Shown: positions 27,177-41,065 of the stretch, piece by piece
Numbering within the stretch: the first letter of the stretch is position 1
Layout: each line of letters begins with the position of its first letter
Assembly (NCBI GenBank): GCA_951406725.2
Contig: OX597823.1
Location: 12,710,001-12,774,000 of the forward strand
Reading direction: 5' to 3'
DNA from: Octopus vulgaris
Lineage: Eukaryota
DNA: 64,000 bases
Translations under genes and position numbers: made by a program
The notes under the pieces: model-generated
Databases searched by the model: none
Seen by the model: the letters and a program-made list of their open reading frames with translations, nothing else
Told to the model about the DNA's origin: nothing

Positions 27177-29169
27177 ACCAAAAATCACCCCACATAATGT
27201 TATGGGTAATACCATAAAAAATTCTGGTGCATCTAAGTTAAGTACCATATTCATTTGAATCTAAATTGTTTTGCTGAAATTATATGTATATATATATATA
27301 ACCTACATTAACTATGGTCTGTCCATAGCACGTCTTCAGCATTACCTGACACCATTACCTCTCATAACCTCTCTCTCTCTCTCTCTCTCTCTCCATATAT
27401 ATATATATACAGAGAGAGAGAGGGGGAGACAGACAGACAGACAGACAGAGACAGAGAGATATATATACACATGTATATCTTTAAGTATGCATACACATAG
27501 ATATACATCAAGTTGTTATTCACGAACGCACACATACATATCCCATTACTTCGCATAGTCATAGAGGTATACGCTTATTTGGATGTACTCACGCATACAC
27601 ATGCGCGCAAACACGCACACGTCGGAGCTATTTTTTCTTAGTATTTGATTCTCTTTTCTGTTTTCCTTTCGGTGTTTTTTCCTTCGTTTGCCTTTTTGTT
27701 TCGCGTATATTTCCGCTTTCCAGCCACATTGTGCAAATGCCGGAATTATGATAAATGACTTCTAAAGGGTATGTATGTATGTATGTATGTATGTAAGTAT
27801 GTATGTACGTATGTGTGTGTGTGCGTGTGTGTGTGTGTGCGTGTGTGTGTGTATGTGTGTTTGTGTGTGCGTGTCTGTACCTTTAGCTGGAAGATGAATT
27901 TAGTGAAAACCAATGGCGTCATTTACAATGAACATATTGACTTTTACTTGGCAAAATGAATCTAATAAACTGCAATTTGTTTAAAGAAATCTCACAGAAT
28001 ATAATTGAGAACTGAATAACAGATATCAGTGAATAATTAAAGAAAACAGCAACAACATTAATCCTCCATATTTATATGTCGTTATGCTGCTAATCTTTTT
28101 ATTCTGTGTGAGAGATATGCTTTTGAAAGTAATTCATCTGTCATTGAGAAAGCAATATGCGTATAAATATCCCGAATACAGACTGCCCACATGTACAAGG
28201 AGTAACGAATACTCATATATTAAAATTTATATAGCCGAAGACATAAATACACTTCCGCACTCACACATGCAGTAATTTCCTCCACATGTGGATATTAGAC
28301 ACTGATAAATATGATATACACATAAATGTGTTTTATGTTACCATATCAAATGCAGAGTGCAGCATAAACGCAAGTAAAAATATCTTCGAGTTGAGAAAAA
28401 GAGAGAAAAAAAAAGCGTTTATAGGATTAGTATACGTTTATTTTATTTCACAATAGTCTTGATATGGCTGTACAGGGGAGGATATACTGAGGTAATGATT
28501 AATTAATGTTCAGGTAGTATTTTAAGGAGGGAGAAAAACACCAAAGCGTCATATTTTATTTTGGTATACCGTTATTATGCTGAGGAGATATCACCGCATT
28601 TAAGGGTACACATTATTTATTATGCATACGTGCTTATTTGATACTACTACGCTTATTAAGTAGATCTATGTTTGACGGTGTTATGGCAATCCACTCTTAT
28701 TTTTAGGAATACTATATTTCTGGGATGACTTTATCCCATCAACATATTTTCAAGGATACTTGGCTGTTATTTCTAGAAAACACAGTGACTACTAACAGAA
28801 AAATTATTTGATTTTTGTTTATTCAATATTTTGGTTTCGTGTTTCGGGATTGATATCCTATCTCTGTTAAAGTAAATCAATAAAATGGATTATTTTTTCG
28901 CTGTAACATATAACTCTCTCGGAAAAAAAAAAAATCTTTAAGTAATATATTCGCACATTAAATGCCTCTCCTGCACTGTCAGCACAAACACATACCGGCA
29001 CACATACGCACACACACGCACATACACACATACATACACACAAACGTCTACTTCTGCGTTACAAGATACTCGGTACTTAAAATTAATGCGTTTAAAGGAA
29101 CAATGTGACAAAAAATGCTCACATACCAGCAGCTGATGAATCGTATTATTATTTTTTTTTTTGCTTTAA

Positions 29170-29341
29170 GGCTATTGTGAAAGATCTGGTTGGAGGGCCA
29201 ACCTTCAGAATTCTTCTACAGGGCTTAGAAAAACTGAAGGACAGCTGCAATAAATATATGAATCTGGATAGAATCATAATTAACTGATCCTCCTGTATTT
29301 TCTTTTACCCAAAGCCAGGAACTTTTCTGCACGCTCTCGTA
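29170..29341 (+). mobile_element. mariner 3' end remnant
   Basis: LQGLEKLKDSCNKYMNL-like C-terminus and TIR-like GCCAGGAACTTTTCTGCACGCTCTCGTA. Confidence 0.6.
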
Positions 29342-29386
29342 TCTAACATTCAAAGAAAATGCATCTTAGAAAACCAAATAAACAAT

Positions 29387-29442
<56 letters not shown>

Positions 29443-30134
29443 TACACACACACATACATATATATATATACACACCTACATGCGCGAGCGCATATGTTTG
29501 GCAGATACACAGACAAACAAAATCTGTTATGAAATGATTCGTCAACAAAACTGAAAGAAAATTAATTAAGGCGATGCTCCAGCATGGTCACAATCCTATG
29601 ACTGAAACATCTAGAAAGATAATACATAAAGAACAAGCACACAGGCAAAATATCACTTAAGAAGCAACATGATAGTGTAATAATAGATCTAAATACACAT
29701 ATTCTGAAATGTAACGTTAAAGTGCAACTACTTTTAATGTAAAGTACGAAATATTTACATTTTTCATAGATGAAGATTCTGTTTAACAAAGTTCGCATCT
29801 TTTAGTTCTGTATTGTACAATATTAATTTCAGTTCCTATATTCAGTTACAAACGTAACAAGGCTGGGAAAATTCCAGAAAGGAAGATTTCATATAAAATA
29901 GTAAGGATCTGAAAGATACTCAATTACTTCTAGTTCAAGATTAGGAAATTCATGTAGATGGCAGGCTACAACATTTGCCATACATGAATACTTACAACAT
30001 GGAAATATTTAAAAACCATTCAATAATATAATACTGGAACTAAATGTAAAGTTCAACATTAGACCAAGTTAAATATCACTGTTTCTGGTCTTGTCTACCT
30101 GCACAGAAATGTTAAATGGCTATACATTATACAA

Positions 30135-30545
30135 GGCGGTGAGCTGGCAGAAACGTTAACGGCCGGGCGAAATGCTTAACGGTATTTCTTCTGCCGCTAG
30201 GTTCTGAGTTCAAACTCCACCGATGTCGACTTTGCCTTTCATCCTTTCGAGGACGATTAAATAAGTACAGTTACGCACTGGCGTCGATATAATCGACTTA
30301 ATCCGTTTGTCTGTCCTTGTTTGTCCCCTCTGTGTTTAGCCCCTTGTGGGTAGTAAAGAAATAGGTATTTCGTCTGCCGCTACGTTCTGAGTTCAAACTC
30401 CACCGATGCCGACTTTGCCTTTCATCCTTTCGAGGACGATTAAAGCAGTACAGTTACGCACTGGGGTCGATATAATCGACTTAATCCGTTTGTGTGTCCA
30501 TGTTTGTCCTCTCTGTTTAACCACTTATGGGTAGTAAAGAAATAT
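30135..30545 (+). mobile_element. SINE family A dimer with TSD
   Basis: Head GGCGGTGAGCTGGCAG; 183-bp unit repeated via junction AAAGAAATA|GGTATTTCGTC; TSD TATACATTATACA / TATATATTATACA. Confidence 0.9.
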
Positions 30546-30670
30546 GTTATATATTATACATTTAAAATTAAAGCCATCTGAAGCCAGTTTTAAAAACTAG
30601 TCGAAACACTTGGACATCGGCCTTAAGCACCACCAAGTGATATTCAATATGGATGTACACTACACAATAG

Positions 30671-31048
30671 TGGTTGAGAGGCGGTTGGATGGAACCTACA
30701 CTCGCCTCCTTATGAGAGCTCAAAATCTCTCGTGGAAGCGCCATCCAACCAAAATGCAAATATATGGGAAACTACCACCTGTGTCATCTCTTGTGAAGGG
30801 TTGGAGAGTCCAGTTTGCTGGACTCTACATTGTTGTAGAGCTGAAAAAGAGGTAATTTCTGCTCTTCTCCTCTGGAAGCCATCTACTCGCAATACCAGAG
30901 GGCGCACACTCTCCTACCCTGATGTAATCTCCAGGGATACAGGCATCCAGCAACAGGATCTCCGTAATGCCATGATGGACCGTGAAGTCTGGCGTAGCAT
31001 GGTAAATTCCATTGTCTCGGCCACGGTCGAACAATGATGGTGATGATG
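30671..31048 (+). mobile_element. RTE-like LINE, 5'-truncated 3' end
   Basis: RRLDGTYTRLLMRAQNLSWK..RVQFAG / HCCRAEKE..LLLWKP..AMMDREVWR..*; (TGA)n tail; TSD ACACAATAG at 30662 and 31049. Confidence 0.88.
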
Positions 31049-33247
31049 ACACAATAGCGACTTAGATATAAGAAGAATAATAAAAAATTCACAATATAAA
31101 AATAGGAAGACACAGATTATCAGGTTTATGTCAACTTTTAACATTGATTTTAGTCTTATATGTACCTGGACAGTCTAGGCCAATGAAAAATGTATCTCTG
31201 AGACGTACAAAAAAAAAAGGTAAAAAGTGATTATCGAAGTAAAATTCTAGGCTCGAAAGAAACTACCGCTGGTCTGAGGAAGCAAAATAGTAATTACAGC
31301 CAGCTAACAACTTAATGTTTGAGTACTATGTGAAAAAGGAGAGGATTGACGTTTTGTTCAGGGTTCATCATCCGATGAAAGCTCTGACAGAATGGCAACT
31401 CATTTCTCATTTAAAATGCAAATCAATTTAACTTTGTCGACAATTAGTTAATGTTAGTTCAATTTGTATTGATAAAATCAGAATTCACGTGCTTTTGATG
31501 CAACCAAATTAATGGCCTTATGAGTAAACTAAATCAACGATCTGATGGAATCTTCACCAACACCAATTCATTTCCACTCAATGTCGGATTCAACACGAAT
31601 AATTGGTCTATTGACAATATACAATCCACAAATATTGTCGAAAATAACTGAACAGCGCTAACAGAGAACACACAAAAGTAGACGAACGTAGTCTACTAGT
31701 TCTTTCAGATCTAGAGATAAATTAAAAACAATCAATTTTATGCCAGTATGCCAAGAAACAGAAAAAGAATAAAAATTACATTATCGCCAGAACTTGGTTT
31801 ACAGTTCGGACAGCAATAGCATCCACTAATAGATAAAAATGCTACGATCTTTATCGGGTTGTGAAATATAACATACGATGCACTCATTAAAAATTAAATA
31901 AACGCAATAAACATTTCTTAAAGTGAGACAGAAATAAAATACAAATTTCACGCAATAAAAACATCACATTGTATAGTTCTGTGTTATATGTAATACAGTG
32001 ATATAACATACCACTACTTCTCCTCCATATTTCCTTCACCGAGAACATTCTATCTGAAAGACAAGCAACTTCGACTGAAGAAACTCATCTCTTAATACCG
32101 ACTGGCACTGTATGCGTTTGATGCTCGTAAAACCATCAATGCCTGAGGAAATATGATCAAAGAAAATAATGGAATAATTGCCATTGTGTTACTCAAATGT
32201 GTATCTAGAGATGTTCTAGCATTAATGCTGATACTCAGGTCTTCTCCCGTATGCTGCAACCTTTCATATTTCTATTGATAGTGATTAAATATTGTTAACA
32301 TTTAAATTTTGATGATCCAGTATTGCACATTTAATGAAGCATATGTCTTTTGGAAAAACAAAATGGCAAATGGTTCTAATAGCATGCACATACACAAATT
32401 TACACATCTGCATATGTAAACATGCTACAGGCACACACAGTGCTTTATAATGCGTATGTATATATCTGAATGTGTTTATATAAATCAATAACTACATATA
32501 CATATCTACAGGTAAGTGCGCGCACGCAAAGAGAAAAGAGAAAATTGACTAAAAAGGAGAAGTGACTGCAATTATATTTGCTTATAGATGTATACATACC
32601 TATGTAAAATTGCGCGTATACACACGTATTCACGTACGTATGTATATTAATAATTATTTTATGCATTGCGTTAACATCACCTTATATAGAATTATATCGA
32701 TCTTTACATCGGTGGAGAAGATTAAAGCAGAGATATACATGATGATAAAGAAGAAGAGAGAAGAGGTAGATATATTATGCAAGGAGACGGAATGTATTTG
32801 GCTAACGGTTTTTAAATGATAAATAACGTAAGGTAGAAGAGGTAGTGGGATATGACTCGATACACGTTGAACTAAAAGACGTTAAAAAAATTCTAATATT
32901 ACCATAGATAGAAAGTCCACTTAATCTAGTTATGTTTTCAAACTGACAGTATTGTAATGTTGGTTGTAATTTTCACTTCTGTTGAGAACTAACAGGTGCA
33001 TTGCAATTGTTATAGCCATTTTCCAAGTCTGTACGCACTCTCTTCTCTTTTTAATTTTAGTTATTCGCCATTTTCTTTGCTAGTTCATTCCACATGAACT
33101 ATATACGAGATACTTGTTTAATACTATCTATTCGTGCTGCACGAATTTGGGGTGTATGTGAATCTATCAATCTATCCATCTACACGATATGTGTGTGTGT
33201 TTTCCATTGTGTATTCGTGTAAATATGAGCATGCACACATGTGTATA

Positions 33248-33302
<55 letters not shown>

Positions 33303-33579
33303 ATCTGTATTAAATCGATAATCAAAAAGAGAAGTCCATGCATATCCACTCATGCAAGCAAAAGAACATATGAGAGTAAAAGATGAGTGCGTGGTTAGAT
33401 ATACATCCCTACATACAAACATACATACATACATATATATTTATATATATTTATATATACATGTATATATATATACGAAGAAATACATGTAAAACTTTAC
33501 ACACAAAAACACACACACACACAGATATATATATATATATATGTGTGTGTGTATATATATACATATGTATATATATATA

Positions 33580-33643
<64 letters not shown>

Positions 33644-33653
33644 GTATACAATA

Positions 33654-33997
33654 CAGTGTACATTTAAACACATAAGGAATCCACTCATGGGATTCAACAC
33701 GCTAGAAAGAACAGCTACGTTCCATAACCACAAAAATTAAGGATAAAATTCGGCAGGAATAAAATGAAAAAATAAAAACATTTTAACATCTAATTTCCTG
33801 GACCACTTGGTTTCTGGTTTTAGTTTACCAAGTAAATAACTTATACTCGCGAGGTGAAATCGTTTTCAACAGGGACACCTTAGATTAAGTATATAAACAC
33901 GAGGCGATCATCTATGTGCCTCTTGTTTATACATCCTAATTTTTTCAAAGTCTACTGCGCAGGCGTGTGGATTCCTTATGTGTTTAAATGTAGACTT
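33654..33997. mobile_element. Tc1/mariner-type MITE, 344 bp
   Basis: ~31-bp TIRs CAGTGTACATTTAAACACATAAGGAATCCAC / GTGGATTCCTTATGTGTTTAAATGTAGACTT, TA on both sides. Confidence 0.85.
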
Positions 33998-35529
33998 TAT
34001 TTCATGACTAATACGTAGTCTTTGGACTAAACTTTTTACACGCTAGGCCTCTGTAAAGGAAAATTTCTATAAATTTCCATTTCCCTTCGATATGATTAAA
34101 TATATATATATATATATATATACACACATGCATATTATATATATATGTATATGTGTGTATGTATGTATATATGTATGTATGTATTTATGCATGCAGGTAT
34201 GTGTATGCACACATACGTGATTTAAATATGAGTTCGTAGTTATTCGACGCCATCATCGTTATTACGCGATTCACCAGTTCGAAAAAGTTGTGTATGGTTA
34301 CATACCTGAATGTATATGTGTGTGTGTGCATGTGTGTGTGTATTTATAAGCAAACGTTACATATATAACTTGTACACATGTATTCACACCCATCTGCATA
34401 TGTATGTGTGAATGTATAGGCATACATGCACATATGTGTAAATGTCAATGTTATAATTCATAATGTTTTACTAAAAAGCGTTGATTTCTCTTTTGTTGAT
34501 ATTTTGAAATACTTTATTAAACGGCTGTCCTAACAAATTTTGTTTATCATCTGCTACTAATATTAATATGGTGTAAATCTTTTTAAAATGAGAATAACAT
34601 TTAAATTACAGATGTGAAAAATGTAAATGATATTAAAAATTAAAATAATATAACATAAAATTATATCTATACAGCTATGGATTAAGTTCTATGAAATATC
34701 AGAATTCTTGTGCTGTATGAAAGATACATATTAACAATATAAATATATTAATGATACTTTATAAGCACTGACTGGAGAAGATATGATGTGCTCTGGAATA
34801 GTGGAAGTATATGGTTCAATTCTCGTGAACGATTTTTATACATTTCTTCTCTTCTGATTTGTGCTTATAATGCATTATATTAGATCCAATGTTTATATAA
34901 TTGTAGCCTTCATACGGTGAATATGAAGGAAAAATCTATTGACTGTATAAAAAAAAATCAATTTATACTGGTAATATTTGCTCAGCCCATCCAATGATAA
35001 AAATTGACTTGTATATAAATTATTAGTTTTACAGTAAACAAGCAGGCTAACATAATTGTATGCTAACTAAAGAGAGGCAAAACTTAGATTAGGTTTTGCT
35101 ATGTACTCAAAGACACTTCTAAAAGTCATATACTTAAATATTCATACATACAAAAGCACAGTCATACGCAGCATGTTACACATATTATTCAAATTTAAAA
35201 TCCAAAAACTCATGGAATATAAGCAATTATTTTATATCCGAGTATATACCTCGTAGCATGGTATTTAAAGCCCATTCATGTACGAATATGTGTCCACTAG
35301 TGCCTGACATATACGCGTGCACGAAAGTTTGGGATGCATGAATGGGTGTATGAGCCAGTGTATATTCTCACATTTGTGTGGAAACATATGAGTACGTCCT
35401 TGTATGTATGGTAAAACATATGCGCGTGAGTGTACTCGTTCATCTCCTGTGCGTGTGAGGTACACTTTTTCAGAGGCGGTCCCCAGCATGGCCCCAGCCT
35501 CTGCCAGAAACCATTACAAGATTATATAT

Positions 35530-35760
35530 ACTCTTTTACTCCTTTACTCTTTTACTTGTTTCAATCATTTGACTGCGGCCATGCTGGAGCACCGCCTTTA
35601 GTCGAGCAACTCGACCCCGGACTTATTCTTTGTAAGCCCAGTACTTATTCTATCGGTCTCTTTTGCCGAACCGCTAGGTGACGGGGACGTAAACACACCA
35701 GCATCGGTTGTCAAGTAATGCTAGTGGGACAAACACAGACACACAAACACACACACATAC

Positions 35761-35814
<54 letters not shown>

Positions 35815-35978
35815 TACAACAGGCTTCCTTCAGTTTCCGTCTACCAAATCCACTCACAAGGAATTGGTCGGCCCGGGGCTATAGCAGAAGACACTTGCCC
35901 AAGATGCCACGCAGTGGGACTGAACCCGGAACCATGTGGTTGGTTAGCAAGCTACTTACCACACACCCACTTCTGCGC
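35530..35978 (-). mobile_element. SINE family B, full-length young copy
   Basis: Close to 15651 and 38325. Confidence 0.92.
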
Positions 35979-35993
35979 CAGGAGTGAATATAC

Positions 35994-36127
<134 letters not shown>

Positions 36128-36489
36128 CTGTGTGTGTGTGTCTGTGTGTGTATGTATGTGTGTGTATAACTATATTAAAAAATCTATGTAAAGGGCCGGA
36201 TAGAAACATCATAGTATTCAAACAAGTATGCACAAGCAAACACGCATACAGCAATGTCACTAACAGCTGCAGCAACAACAAAACGAACAACAAGAACAAC
36301 AACAACAACGGCCACGATGGTAGCGGGGTGAACGAACACATAGACACAGAGGGATACAAGAACAGTATCAAAAGTAAGGGTCAAGAGCAGCAGAAGCAGC
36401 AGCACATATAGATAAAGACACAGCCGCATGCGCAGATAAGGAAATACATCATAGAAGGGCAGAATGGATTAGGCAGAGCAGAAGGAAAT

Positions 36490-36680
36490 ACGTGGAAGGA
36501 AAGTGTAGCTCTCCAAAATCTTCACGCAAATTCAACATGGGGTGGATATAGTTGTCTTCAAAACAAAAATGGATCTGCCCTTGTCAAGTGTTCCGGACGA
36601 ATCCACTTCGTGGCAGGTAACACAGATGAGGGTAGTAACATCAACCTCACTCATTCACCAAATTCCACATATTAGGGGAA
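36490..36680 (+). mobile_element. CR1/L2-like LINE ORF 3' fragment
   Basis: HGVDIVVFKTKMDLPL..VPDES-like; homologous to 26960-27075. Confidence 0.6.
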
Positions 36681-36699
36681 GTTTTCGAGTTATAGAGTA

Positions 36700-36990
36700 A
36701 ACATGCCAGATCCACTGGCAGTGTGCACCATGGAAGAACAGTGATCAATGATCCGACTTCTGTCGTCTGAATGTGTGGCATGGGCTGAAATTCATCATGT
36801 AGAAGTGTGTATGAGTGAATTGAGAACTTTAAAAATGCACGGAAAAGCATGAAGTACGAAGTGGGGGCTGGATGTCTATCAACCAACCATCACTGACGTG
36901 AAGATTCAACTATGTTGAAGGATAGTTCTGGCAAACCGACAAGTGACGATCGAGGATGTGGCTTGTTCTCTGCAAATTAGTCATTGTTCT
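36700..36990 (+). mobile_element. mariner transposase N-terminal remnant
   Basis: CTMEEQ*SMIRLLSSE..AEIH..VYE*IENFKNARKS resembles the mariner helix-turn-helix region. Confidence 0.65.
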
Positions 36991-36999
36991 GCACTATCT

Positions 37000-37725
37000 G
37001 GTTCTGTATACTGATGACAATGTTGTGTAACATTCAATGCCAGTGTATTGTACAAGTTCTTCTAGGCTTTTCCAGCCTTTGTTATAGAGTAGAGTCTCAA
37101 CTTTTTCAGCTTCTCTCACTAGGTGATATGTCGCATTGAGACGACCTCCGTTGTGTAGCTTCACTGGATTGTTTCGAATTCCACCGTTAATTTTACACTG
37201 TGATGTGTGGCCATAGTTGGTAGCCGTAGTCTAAACGGCTGAGGGCAAATGTCTTCCAGTGGACCACTATGGTTTTCTGTTCTCTAGTTCTGAAAGTTCG
37301 AAGGATCCACCCGGCCAACTGCCTGCATTTTATTGCCAACTCAATAATATGCACCTAAAGAGAGGCACCACTACTCATGTCAATTCCAAAGTCGCACATT
37401 GATTTTGATAGAGTGTTTGCAATCCCTTCTATGCTAGTGTATCCAGTCTGCATTTAATTTAGCTTCGTGTGCTGGTGGCGCAGGGATTCGAATTTTCCAC
37501 CATTAAAATGCATGTTATTTGTCCTCAGCTCAAATGTATATTGCGTCCAACTCCTGTTCCAGTGCGCAACATTTTCAGGGTTCTGTATCTTAAAAAGAAA
37601 AACTTTTGTGAGCATCTGAGCAGATCAGGGTATTTCTGAAAGGGTGACTATGACTATAGCAGTGGCCCCCAAAAAGTTCCCTTTGGGACACCACTCATTA
37701 TTTGACTTTCATTGGAGGTAGCCCA
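37000..37725 (-). mobile_element. CR1/L2-like LINE reverse transcriptase fragment (degenerate)
   Basis: SGVPKGTFWGPLL (SGVPQGSVLGPLL motif), later NNMHFNGGKFE-like and DLGI-like segments. Confidence 0.8.
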
Positions 37726-38248
37726 AATGGCTCTGTAGCCTTTCTCTCCAAGTTTTCCGTCTATGCCGAGATTGCGCAGGTTGTGATTTGTCATACCATA
37801 TGTGTGTGTGCGTGCGAGTGTATATGTGCATGTATGTGTGTGTATGTGTGTGTGTGTGTGTGCATGGGGCTGCGTGTGTACATGCACACATACAACATAA
37901 ACATATCTAAGTACTCATCAATGCGCATGTGCTTGTGTACGTTTGTATAATAATCTACATAAATGTAGTATTTCCACTATCATTCACTTTTCTCTTTCGC
38001 CCTGAATTTCATCCTTCTTTCCACATAAACATTCTACGTACAAATATCCGTATTCGCTGCGTTGTTGCTAATTCTGTCTTTCACAGTATGCTATTCTTTT
38101 GTGTCTCCTAAGTGAGATGCCTAGGCTATACGAATGATTGTATTTGTACAAATAACATCTCACACTGGGTGTTATAGCACTTACATTGATGCTGATGACT
38201 ACGATGTTATTCACGTAAATGTATCTATCAATCAATTGATATCTATCC

Positions 38249-38324
<76 letters not shown>

Positions 38325-38743
38325 GGCGCAGGAGTGGCTGTGTGGTAAGTAGCTTGCTAACCAGCCACATGGTTCCGGGTTCAGTCCCACTGCGCGGCAT
38401 CTTGGGCAAGTGTCTTCTGCTATAGCCCCGGGCCAACCAATGCCTTGTGAGTGGATTTGGTAGACGGAAACTGAAAGAAGCCTGTCGTATATATGTATAT
38501 ATATGTATGTATGTATGTGTGTGTATATGTTTGTGTGTCTGTGTTTGTCCCTCTAGCATTGCTTGACAACCGATGCTGGTGTGTTTACGTCCCCCGTCAC
38601 TTAGCGGTTCGGCAAAAGAGACCGATAGAATAAGTACTGGGCTTGCAAAAGAATAAGTCCCGGGGTCGAGTTGCTCGATTAAAAGGCGGTGCTCCAGCAT
38701 GGCCGCAGTCAAATGACTGAAACAAGTAAAAGAGTAAAAGAGT
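38325..38743 (+). mobile_element. SINE family B, full-length young copy
   Basis: Complete head, microsatellite and tail; TA repeats on both sides. Confidence 0.92.
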
Positions 38744-39092
38744 ATATATTCACGTCTCTATCTGCCTGTCTATCCATTTAATCATTTCTCTCTCACATTT
38801 GATTCCCAACTCTAATTACTTCTATGACATTTTACATCTAATTATTTCTATAACAGTGCTCATTCGCTTAGTAATTATTGCTTTCATTATTTTATCACAG
38901 TCATCATCTCTCTTTTTTTTAAACAAACATTACAGCAGTCCAACAACAGAAGGGAGGAGCAGTTTGTAAAGTTTTACCTTCTCTTCGAAATGATGGGGTT
39001 GGTGGTGGTGGTGGTGGGGGGAATCTTTGCATGAAAATATGTTTTGAAAACATATATTTTACACCACCTTACCTCATTACCCCAATCCCGAT

Positions 39093-39845
39093 CTATTTTG
39101 GCCAATTTCTTTACACTTAAAAATAATGGGAAGAACATTTTCGGTAACAAAAAAAAAAAAGAATTGTTAATATTTTCAGAGGGAAAAGTGAGTGATTTAA
39201 GGGCGGTTTGGCTGTTGTTTCTAGCACATCCAAAGACAACCGTCCTCGTTTCCTTATAACTCTCGCATGTATTAATGTTTTTCAATATTTTCCCCTATAA
39301 ACATATTAATAGGCTATAAAAAAGAAAATTTGAGAATTTATGAACTTTTTGCAGCCCAACTCCCAGCCCCCGATAGTTTCTGTTTAGAAATTCAAACACC
39401 GGGGAGCCTTGCGGGCATTTATCCACAGTGATTTAAAAAAAGGAGTTATGTGAACGATAATTTAATTTAATAGCATACTTTTCGGTTAGGAAATATTTCT
39501 CTTACACATACACGGCTTCGCTTGATTGAAGTGTGGGTAAAAATTTAGATTACAAATTATTTTCTGGCTTATATTCCACCAATGGACAACGCGTGTTTTA
39601 CTTCGACATCATCATCCTATAAAATGTATTTAATGGGAGAAAAATATAGACAAAACGTCAATACATATGAGAATGAAAAGGGAGGATGGTCTGGGTTGTG
39701 CTAGAAACAACAGTGAAACATCCCTTGAATTGCTCACCTTTTCCTCTGAAGATATTTACTAGTGGTCTTTTTCTTTTGTTTTCTTTTTTACCGGAAATGT
39801 TCCTCCCAGGGATTTTAATTTAAAAAAGAAAATGGCCAAAATCCG
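39093..39845. repeat. long diverged inverted repeat (arms ~39093-39315 and ~39614-39845)
   Basis: TTTTGGCCA..GAACATTT.CGGTAA..TTCAGAGG.AAAGTGAG..CTGTTGTTTCTAGCACA present in both orientations. Confidence 0.85.
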
Positions 39846-40432
39846 GAGAGTTATTATTGTGAGGCTTATACCATTGCAACAGCCGTACAACAAAATCACT
39901 TTAAAATATTTTGACAAAAATTATTCGGGTATTTTTAAAAAATCACATTCAGTAAATAATGATTGTGCATTACGTATGCATTAATAGAATAAATTGTCGG
40001 TTTTCCAAACAGCGAATTAAAACTAGAAAACAAAACATTGAAAGAGAAAGTGAGAGACTATGTAAATGAAAATGGAATACTCCGCAATGAATGTAATGAA
40101 TATTTAAATTTGCGAAGAATTGGGCGCCATGAATGCAAGGAATATTTAAATTTGCGAGAACTTGCAGTTAGAAAATTCAATAAACTTGGCAAATAGAAAC
40201 TATGGAAAATTTCTTTGAACATTAATTTATAAAAATATTTCCAGACGGTCAGCCCTTTAATAATTGCTTCGTTTTAGTACTTTTAGTAACTGGTGCACTC
40301 CTAATTGTAAGCAGCTTTCTCCATTATAGTATATATATATATATATATACATACATATATATATATACATATATATATAGAGAGAAAGAGAGAGCGCGAG
40401 ATAGGTAGATATATAGAGAGATAGATTGATAA

Positions 40433-40495
<63 letters not shown>

Positions 40496-40993
40496 TATGT
40501 ATGTGCATGTCCATTTATTTATATATTGACCAATGTATCGGCATCTTACGGATATATATATATATTATCGGTGATGTAGAAAAAAATATATATATAACGT
40601 GTAAGATATAAGACTTATATTATTTATATATATATGAGTATGAATGCGTGTGTGAGAGAGAAAGAGAGAAAGTGTGTGTGTGCATGTGTGCGTGTGAGTG
40701 TGTGCGCGTGTATGTGTGTGTTTTGCGTGTACATTTACACACATGCCAATGAATCTCGGTCAGAGCTTCCGAACGAGAATATGATTTCAATTAATGAAAG
40801 TGCATTGTGAAGCGATAACACACACACACACACACACACGGATGCACAACCGCCCTCACACATATATGTACACACATAATATATATATACGTGTGTGTAT
40901 GCATACGGGCACTTACACGCCCGGAGACACACAACTCGCACATTACATATATATAATTATATAGTTAGATAATTGTAGCTAGCTAGCTAGATG

Positions 40994-41065
<72 letters not shown>

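Noticed and set aside
40087-40163. ~42-bp two-copy tandem duplication
   Set aside because: Ordinary local duplication with no further structure
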